A stretch of 63,962 nt of DNA, the filler included, from Sluysia triapertura (taxonomy: Eukaryota): assembly GCA_046118255.1 (NCBI GenBank). It is 5 parts of 5 records of this genome, joined end to end, with 100 filler letters (N's around TTAATTAATTAA, not from the genome) between each part and the next. Parts side by side here need not be neighbours in the genome. Positions count along the whole stretch, not along the records: positions 52,767 to 63,962 come from JBJNIA010187557.1; 4 more parts are not named here. One strand, given 5' to 3'. Both the position numbers and the translations under genes were made by a program. Below are positions 54,111-63,962 of this stretch, one piece after another. The notes under the pieces are model-generated. The model worked only from the letters and a program-made list of their open reading frames with translations, ran no database searches and had not been told where the DNA came from. Positions within the stretch are counted from its first letter, which is position 1, and each line of letters starts with the position of its first letter.

Positions 54111-57100
54111 TTAAATAAGCTTATACTCGTGAAGTTTACTTTTAATTTTTGTTGTAACCTTCATTGACTTTATGTCAAGAACAGGTTCAAAATTTACGAC
54201 AAATTTCAGTGAAAATTCAATTACTAGGCGTTTAGAGAGATATTTTGATCTGCTAATCTCTGCAAAATGTCTTATTTTATAATGGGTTCGTTTGTAGTGC
54301 ACGACTTATTGAGGCATACCTATAGAAAAATCTATAATTATAATTTTTATAATGCGAGGGTTTCTTAATAATTTCTTTCCTTAATTCTATATATTTTGTT
54401 TTTATTGAACAGTTTCTCAAACTTATTTCCTTAATCCTCTTTAATATATAAAAAATACATTCCAAACTACACGAATGTTTATTAATACAAAGAGTAACAA
54501 TATTTAGTAAACGTTTCAAAAATATACAATGATGTCAAAATATTCAATTAAAGTATCAAATAAATATGAATAAAACTATCAATTAAATAACTGTTAGGAA
54601 TAATAAAAATAAGAGTAATAATAAAGTTATAGAGGCTTTATTTCTTTTCAATAAATGGTTTTGGTAATGATTTTGTGATTGGTCTAGGACCAACTGTTAT
54701 TAAAGAAAGTTTGTGTGATTTTATAACTCCTGTGAAAAAACGAGAGGATCGCTAATACAAAGACACTTACTACTTGATACAAAAAATATTAGAATAATGT
54801 TTATGTCCGAATAAAACGTGTGATGGTTACGCAGAATTTGATAACTGATTGTGATACCGTTATATGTAGATTAATTTTGTTGTCGATGTCAATTTATCTT
54901 CCTTATGAAATTAAAACTTTTCTAACTAACTGGGTCTTAACTTATATAAACTTCCATTAGCCAATTACGGCATTTTATTCTATTAATTCCATTAAAATAG
55001 TTTTTATTCTAATCATTATTTTTTCATTACAGACATTTTTGTTAACAATGTGTATATTTATTAATTCCATTAAAAATCCATTACCTTATAGATTATAAAA
55101 ATATTTTCATAATTAGAATATTTTATTATATTTGTGTATTATATTTACTTTTGTATCAATATTTTTAACAGATCCACTTACGTATCTTTAAAAAAGGTCT
55201 GTCGTGTAGAGGTGACTGAAAGGAAAATTGATATTAAAGATTCATTATGATAAAATACTAAACATTCTATACTCATGCAATCATTAAGAAATAAAACGTT
55301 ATTAAATTTACCTTTGTAAAATTTAATAATTGTGATTTATAATTAATAATGGCGTGTGTTATGCGTTTAATCAGTCTCACGCATCAATTGGTTTTGGTCT
55401 TTAACTCTTTCTAAAATTTTAATCTCTTAGTAAAGTCTGTAATTTAACTTTATTTAGTGTAAAGTTAATATTTGTTTTCGATTTTGTCACATTATCTTCT
55501 ATCTTAGAAAAAGAGTTCGATAACCGTCTCCGTTGTTCGAGATGGAAGTTCTTAATAGAATAGACTAAGTTATGAATTTTATAAAGTTATAAATTTTACT
55601 CTGTAAATAAACCATAGTTTTCAATCCCTTATTTATTTGAAACCTTAATCAATCAAATATGTATTAGTAATATCACAGTAATAAACGTTGAATATTTTTC
55701 TAAGAGAAATTTTTTTATGAACGTTCATGTTAAGTTATAAATGATTATTCTTATCGTATTTATTTACAAAATTTGCGAGGAAATTTTACGTTAGATAATC
55801 AATAATTTAACATTTATAAGTGAGTAAAACTTTTTTGAATTCGATTAAAATTAAATAATTATATTTATTTTATTTAATTACACTTATTTTATTTTAAATC
55901 TTTACAAAATTTACTAATAAACTTTCTTTCTTTGAAGATATCAGTTGATGTAAAGGTCAACCTATCACTTTGAGAATTCTATCTCCTTTACATCCACTAA
56001 AACATTATTTTTAATTATGGCCTTTAATGAAAATTGATTTTATTTTTCTGTCATCACTCTATTTTTAGTATACCCAATCAGAGTATTTGAGAGGATGGTA
56101 AGGAATATGCACTCTGATTGGTTTGTGAATCATTTTTATTTGTGAATGTGAAACTAACAACCGTCATCAGTACTGACATTCCAATGACGTTTTTAAATAG
56201 TGTTATCAGTACTGATGGCGGCAGCAACTAACTTAATGGTCTCAATCAAAATTATTAAAATTATCTTATATAAATAATAGGAATAATAATAATAACGACA
56301 ATAAGATTACTATTATTATTATTATTACCAAGAAATAAAAATAAAATACATAAATATTCATTTTACTGAAAACAACAATATCTTTTCTATTCTAGATTCT
56401 TTCATTCTGTATATATAAAATTAGAACTAATGGAATACTGTGAAGGACCAACGATAACAAGATATACTAGTCTCAGTTATCGCTGTTGCTTCATACTCAA
56501 AATAATGAACTGTTTAAGACTTTATTAAATTTATTTATAAAGGTAAAAGAAATGACTTGAGTTATACTTAAGACAAATGGTGTTAGAATATCTTACTAAA
56601 ATTTGTTAATATTTGATCCTTGAATATGATAGTTTGAGATGTTTAATGAAAGGTAAAGTTATTTTAGTTTTAAAAGACAATTACAAAATAAATCTTAATA
56701 TATTATAATGTTATTACGAATAAATGCTAATGATGAATATGTATATATGAAGTAGATTTAGCTTGGTGGAGTTGGTTAAATATTTTAATGTAAAAGATTT
56801 ATATTTCTGCGGTGCTTGTTAACGTCGTTGAATGATGTTATTGTGTTTATGATTTGTGTATTTTATATTGTGATTATGGTTTGTTTGTTAGAATATCTTA
56901 AAAGTGAATGTTGTGAATTATTCGAGATTAAATGTCGGAGTTTGTTGTGATGTGGATGGTTAAAAGTGTTAGTCGCATTGTTGATGTGTGTGAGTTAATG
57001 ATATGTTATAAATAGCGAGTGTTGTTTATGGTAATTGTGTTGGTGTAGTTCCATAGTAAAAAGTGTGATTGTTTTGACAATTATATTTTGAACATTGAAT

Positions 57101-60100
57101 GTGGTGTTCTGATGAATTTTAAGTTGTGAGTGTTGGCCACTACATTTATAGTGTTGATTATGTAGTTAACATTTCAGATAATTTTAAAACTAAAAAGGCG
57201 AGTAAAGTTAATACGAACCGTTTAAATGAACGTATTCATGGAGGTCAATATAACGTCTCGAACAATTTTAAAATTCGCAGTAGTGACATCACTGATTACA
57301 TTTTGTATAAAGTTTTTATTACTTCTAAGTCTTATTGTACAAATTATATTAATTCAAAGTTTTGAGATAAGTAGAGACAATGACTTCATACTCGATAAAT
57401 CCGCTGCCCGTAATGAACGTAAGTTTTATATGATTACGGTTGTGTTTTTTTGAATGTTTCACCAATTTTTATAAGGTTTGTCCGATTTATCTAAATAAAA
57501 AATTCTCGTGTTGTTGTTACTTCTGAGTTTGTTTTCATAACAGAATTTTTGAGTGCCTTAATCACCTGATATATAATAACTTTTGTTTTTATGTAAATAA
57601 AACTTTTTATAACGAATAAAATTAGAACCGAAATAATGATAATTTTAATTTCATAAATAATAAAACTAAATTTACAATAAGAAGTAAATTAAATAAAAAT
57701 AGATTGAGTAGAGTAAAAGGAAATGATGGTTGATAATAAATCAGATTTCCATATTTTGTACCTAATAAAGTTTGACAGACCGTACCATGTAATTGTCAAA
57801 GTTGTTATTGTCGGTTGGATTCTCAAAGAGGTTTGAATGATTTGTGTGAGAGAGTGTTTGATTATGAGACTGGGAATTGATTGGATGATGAGAGAGTATA
57901 AAATAAAGATTTCTAAATTTTTTTACACACAATAACAACAATGACACAATTATGCAATTATCCAGTGAAGATCCATGCCTGGGGGTAATGTTCTTGTTCA
58001 TTTTTTATTTTTGTTATTTTATTTTTTTAAAATTAAAATAAGGTAATCAATTGATTTTATTTTTTTGATTTTATTAAAGGGAAAATAATTTTAATATAAG
58101 TTAATATTGTGCTACTTTTATTGTAAGTTCTTTGATTTGATTTTCAGCCCTACACAATTTTTGTAAAAGATTAAATTTGATTTTTAGCCACTTTAAAGTA
58201 GTTTTGTGGGAGACACCATACACAATTTATTTTATCGAAACATTAAATATTTCTACTTTAGATATTACTGTTAAGTTTTAGAAAGGATCTCTGCCCAAAA
58301 ATTTTTATTATAATCGTGACAAGTATTGGTTACGTTAACTAAAAATATTTAAGTAGCATAATTATTATTAACTTTCTAGATATTGATATTGTTAGTGTCT
58401 GTTGCATCTGTTAGATCGCAGCATTCTTAATATTATTAACGCTATTGTTAATTTTGCCACTTTAGTTATTTTTAGTTTGTTTAGTGGAGTCATACTAATA
58501 ACAATAAATTCTAATTTGATTTTTGTTTAATAGTAAATTATGGCCTTATTTTGATTTGATTTTTAAGAACTTAATTTTTGGGGAATAGTTATTAATATTA
58601 AGTAAGAGAATTATTGCAAAATTATACTTGATATAGTGACTACTTAATTTATTAAGATTCTTTTAGTTAATCAAGATAATATTGAGTTATAGTAACTAAT
58701 AATATTTAGAGTCTCAACAACTGTTAATTATGTACATTTTGAAAAAAAGATTGAGCAAACTCAGTGGACTCATTAAAAAAATAATCAATTTTTGAAAAAT
58801 GGACTAAACATGACAGAAAATGAATTTGCTTATATAATATAGCGGTTTTGGATCAGTAGTTTAAAAACAGAACACTATTATAAATCTATCATTATTATAA
58901 TTATAATTCTTATAATTAATGTAGAATATAAGAATTATAATGTAGAATAAGCGCAAATTGAGGTTGTCACGCCAATTCTGATTATTTATTATCAATATAT
59001 CATGTTTAGTTAATCTACTATTTAACACATGTTTTCGAAAACAAATTAAACTTACACTTACATTTAATTAATCATTTATCGATCGAAGTTCAGTAGATAT
59101 AACTGATATAACTTGAATTGTTTTACGTGCTTAGTTAATGATCACCATTAACATTGGATTAAATCTTAACTAAATATTTTAAACGGTTTTAACGCGAATT
59201 TTTAGAAATTTCGCTGTGATCGTAATTTCTAGAAATTATTTCCTACTGTAAAATGATATTAAATTTAATAATAATAATTTGTCATCTGATTTGGTGACGT
59301 AATTTATCACGTTTTGTAACCACTGCCTTTCCTGAAAATGGATTTAATGTATTTTAGATATTTAGGAGAACAATTTATTTTTTAAAAAACTGCATTTTAT
59401 ATACTCAGGTACTCATTGCAATATTTAAAGAAATTTGTATTTTAGTAAAATAATTAAAAAATTAATGAGTAGATTTATTAAATTTTATAAATACAGAAGT
59501 CTCGAAACGATTTAATTAGAAGACAGGTAGAAAAAGTTACTGATACGACTGACCATGTATTTTTATGTATACTTTAATAAATGTGCAACATTAGAATAAA
59601 TGTGATTAATACAATAATTCAAACTAATAATCTTAATTCCTACTTTAATAAATAAACATTAGAAATTATAAATTGATATAAAATAAAATACAATTCATTC
59701 AATTACAAAATACAATTCAAACTTAAATGTTTACTTTCTATTTTTAATTTTCAATTCCTAATATATTTGCTACAATGAATATTTTAATATTTAAGTATTG
59801 AAATTTTTCTTAATTCAAAATATAAATTAATTATAATATATGGATTTTCAAAATATTATCGTGTAACATAATCCTTAAGACAAATTGTGAAGATTTTTGT
59901 CAAATATATAAATAAATATACAAATAAATAAATAAATTTTAAGGTGAAATATAAATTATAGAAAGATTTTAATTTTTAAAAAATGTAAATTTATTTTTAT
60001 TTACTTTTTTGAAAAATTTATTTAGATAAATACTTTGTCAGAAATTGTGAGCAATACCAATAACTAATTTTTGGTAAAATACGAACCAAATTTAAATTTT

Positions 60101-60149
60101 AATAGACTAAATTCAACAAAAACTTTTGAAGGAATCATAATTTTAATGA

Positions 60150-60890
60150 GGGGTCAGAAGTGAGTTTGCCAATTAAAAGTATAAATTGGCGTTATTGGTT
60201 GTATTTATATAAAATTATAAAAAAAACCATGAAAAGTAATAAACTAAGTTATAAGTTAAGATTAAAAAATTAGGTAAGATGGTAACAAGAAGAAAAATTA
60301 TATAATTAATACATGAACTAGTTTCTTTAAGAACGATGAAGAACTTTCTAAAACATCAAGACTAGGAAAAGAATTTATTAAATATAAAAAAATTGGCTTT
60401 AGGAAATTTAAATTTTAAAATCCATTTTGGTCAAATGAATTTTTTAGGTCAAATTTTTTTTAGGTTGGCTTGATTTAGTAATAATAGATAATGTAAATTT
60501 TCGGGAGAATTACATAGGACAGTGATTCCAAATAGTTGTGCAGCATTTAGTTTAATTGACGAAAATATAAAAAGGAAATATTTAGCTATTTTATAAAGAC
60601 ATTTTTTTCTTATTTAAGTAGCATTAATTTTGGATCATTTATTTATTAGTGATAATGCTGCGCTTCATATATCTAGATATGCGAATAATTAAGAAATAGC
60701 ATAAATATTAAAATGGCCCTCTATGGGCCAAATTTCTAATCATTAATTTTTAAAAGAAATAAACTGGAAATGAGGCAAATAGTTAATGTTATAGTAGTCC
60801 ATAAAGATTAAATAAAGGATTTTATAATTAAGCTTCATGATAATTAGTTAGAAAATTATTAAAAATGATTGTAGTTCGTTAAGATTGTAG
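60150..60890 (+). mobile_element. Decayed Tc1-like transposase
   Basis: FWSNE (cf. WSDE), DNAALHISR (cf. DNAPxH) and ILKWPSM (cf. WPxQSPDL) lie in order. Confidence 0.55.
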
Positions 60891-60963
60891 TTTGATTTTT
60901 ATCAATTTTATAAATATTTTATTTGTTAACATATACGCGGGAAACGTCTAAACTCGTATCGTG

Positions 60964-61016
<53 letters not shown>

Positions 61017-61688
61017 AGCGCGGGAACAATTATTTAAAAAAAGAATAAAGAAACAATTTTATATGGAGAAACTGAAAGTTTTATTAAAAATAATCCACAA
61101 TTCAAAAATTATACCAATGTCAAGCAGAAGTAATTTTGCGCAAAAATTGCAAATGGTGATAATTTGCATCCACTTAACATGTGTTAAAATATAAATTTTA
61201 GTAAATTTTTGTAGTGATTATTAGTACTTTTTGCTTATATTAATACAGCGGTACAATTTTTTTAACTCTACATTCATATTTATTTTCATCTTTAAACGTT
61301 AAATTAATAAAAACATTTAAAAAATTCGAATTCATCTAATGCTAAATAGTCGAAGCAGTGAAATAATTTTAGACAAAATTCAACATAATTAAACTTAATA
61401 AATAGTAGCGTTCATATTAGTAAATTCAAAATTGTTCACATAAAACTTTCAATTTATAAATAAATTTAAAAATTATCAAAATTTTTAAAACTAGATCTTG
61501 TTACATAAACTGTTAAGTTTTTCATTAAGTCCCTCAAATAATTTAAATAAATACAAGTTATACATAATTATACATAGTTATACGTAAATGTCGAATTATA
61601 TTTGTATCAACCACATTTATAATGTTATATGTTTTCAATATTCAGAAAACAAATCCATTTTTTAAAATATTTTTAACGTTCTGTTTAA

Positions 61689-61918
61689 TCCCTTCCCGGT
61701 TTATTTATTTTTCAAGTGTATGGTCTAAAACTGGCTATTTTTTTTTATTAACAAAAAAACAAAAGTAGTGTTAATAAATATTACGACGTCGTTTTATAAA
61801 TATTACGAAGATTACACTTATTTTTCGTTTGAATGTTTTGGTGCCGTATATATGCGGCATTTTATGCTCTGGTGAGTTTTAGTTATGCCGTAAATATACG
61901 GCATAAACCGGGAAGGGC
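61689..61918. mobile_element. piggyBac-type MITE, family A copy 2 (230 bp)
   Basis: TTAA on both sides. TIR CCCTTCCCGGTTTAT/ATAAACCGGGAAGGG. Internal sequence is clearly homologous to 30823-31116. Confidence 0.9.
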
Positions 61919-62172
61919 TTAAATGTTAATCTAAAAATTTAATTTAGTTTAAAATTTAAATGATGATACATTTCAATTCAAGGAGATAATTGCGAAATGT
62001 AGAGATATATACTCTTTATTCCGTAAAGCAATAATTAAATATTACAATTTTAATGATGGAAACATAATAATCTTGATATAATAATGATAGTCAATGTTTA
62101 CATTCAAGATTTACTTCAATATGAAATTGTGTAAACGTATTTCTATGTGAAATTTGAAAACACTAAATTTAA

Positions 62173-62506
62173 TTAGGATCTCTTATCTAATCGTCCATCA
62201 GGCTTCTCAGGTGTTGGTATAACAAATTTAGTATATGTTCTAATCGAACCACTAGCAAAAGCGAAACAGTGTTCTTCGTCAGTACATGTTGGATTTGAAA
62301 ATCCTATATCCATAAACTTTAGTTTGTAAAATGTGCGCTTTGCAAGATTTAACATAGCTTCTGACATTGCATTCAATTTTTCATTTTCACGATTTTGTAA
62401 ACACTGGATAGCATACATTAAAATACCAAGTATATGTTGTCCAATAAATGGAACTTGTATAAATAGACAAAAATTCAAGTACATTTCTGGATTTAACGGT
62501 TGTATT
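62173..62506 (-). CDS. Terminal coding segment of an unidentified protein, truncated by an N gap
   Basis: 110 open codons with protein-like composition and raised GC, running into the gap. Confidence 0.5.
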
Positions 62507-63875
62507 NNNNNNNNNNNNNNNNNNNNNNNNNNNNNNNNNNNNNNNNNNNNNNNNNNNNNNNNNNNNNNNNNNNNNNNNNNNNNNNNNNNNNNNNNNNNNN
62601 NNNNNNNNNNNNNNNNNNNNNNNNNNNNNNNNNNNNNNNNNNNNNNNNNNNNNNNNNNNNNNNNCAAAATTTAAGTATGATTTTCTAATACTGAATATTA
62701 GATACTTTAAAATAAAGTTATTTTAATGCGAAACTTCAATAATATCTGAAATAAAAGTTTTTGTACTTTTATCTATTCTTATTTTTGTATCCGAATATTA
62801 TTTTTTAAGTCTAAAAATTTGTAAATATGAAAAATAGATATTTGTGATAATTAATTGAACAGTATTCATTAAGATCTCGATTAGAAAAGAGCTTGTGGTG
62901 TCCCAGTCATGTACCGTACTTTTATTATCATGCAGTCATAATACTTCTTACAGTTCACAACCACAAAACCCAAAATAAAATCATTAACACAAACTATAAT
63001 AATTGATAGTATTTGTATCATAATCAGTTTTGTCGTTATTGCCTCCGTCATCCGCTTTAGCATCATTACTAAGAGCACTTGTATCACTTCTTACATAATC
63101 CTCTTATAAATTTTACACAATTTATAGCTTGTATTCCTTTTTTCTCTTTGGAAACCAGTCCTTACTAATTTTGTAAATGATCATTTATCTATATTAACAT
63201 CAAAATACCCTAATAAAGCAGATTTGCGTTAAGAGCATGATACTATCGTGGTATACTAAGAATGATATACTTAGTCAAATATGGTTTATCTAGATGATTA
63301 AAATACTTCTGAACCACCTAAAGATGAAAATATATTGTGGACCATATAATGCAAATGTTGATGATGATCAGGATGATGATGACGATGAAGATAATAAAGG
63401 TGACGATGATGGTAACGTCGGTAGCGATAGCGTCATAGTTTACGATGTAACACGTGTCAGCTAAATTTATGGTTATACTTTTAATTTCGGTATGTGATTT
63501 TATTGTTGTGGCTATAAAAATATTCTGTATTATTTTGTATGATATTTGATACACATTCTTGTACCACCAGTAAGTAACAATGTAGACAATAAATTAAAAG
63601 TTTTATATTGATGCATTACGAATCATAGGTTTTGTTTTAATAATGCACAAGTCATTTGGTTTTTCACAAATATATAAATATAGAAAGTGGTATATTAAAT
63701 TAGGGAGCATACAAAATTATATATTAAAAGTTACATTTTATATCGTGTTATGTATTTTCATTCAATAATTATCAAAAAATTAATATTTAAGTGAAAACAT
63801 TGAAATTTAAATATTAAAGAGTTTAAGACAAAAAAGCAGTATTTTAAAAACCGATGCAAGATAAGAATATCGGTA

Positions 63876-63962
63876 TAATAATAATATATAATAATAATAT
63901 ATTAATTTATATTGCGCTCATATCTACCGCGAAAGTACTCAAAAGCGCTTAAGGTAAATCAT
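63876..63962 (-). mobile_element. 3' tail of an L2-clade LINE/SINE
   Basis: Minus strand reads AAGCGCTTTTGAG...GAGCGCAATATAAAT..(ATT)n, the stem-loop plus microsatellite tail typical of L2-related retroposons. Confidence 0.55.

Overview
Very AT-rich animal genomic DNA with spliceosomal introns, several of them only 38-54 nt. The composition and intron sizes suggest a reduced metazoan parasite such as an orthonectid (inference only). The window is five pieces joined by 100-nt N gaps carrying an artificial TTAATTAATTAA spacer, plus one plain N gap, so adjacency across gaps is uncertain. Recognisable genes are two cadherin-repeat exons (+), five exons of stonin/Stoned-B (-), two PH-domain exons of an AGAP/centaurin-gamma ArfGAP (+), and two exons of a NADAR (YbiA/DUF1768) gene (-) that the ORF track misses. 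An intact, intronless 400-aa ORF fuses the N-terminus of SF3B3 to unrelated sequence and WD40-like fragments. The rest is transposon debris (TTAA-flanked piggyBac-type MITEs; hAT, pogo, Tc1/mariner and LINE remnants) and decayed exons. The most unusual unexplained signal is a cassette seen four times: strand-skewed ORF-like segment, (ATT)n-rich tract, ~60-70 bp twin-palindrome hairpin, and in most copies a CCAAT-containing inverted repeat. Its architecture is conserved while its sequence changes. All homology calls are from motif recognition; no database searches were run.
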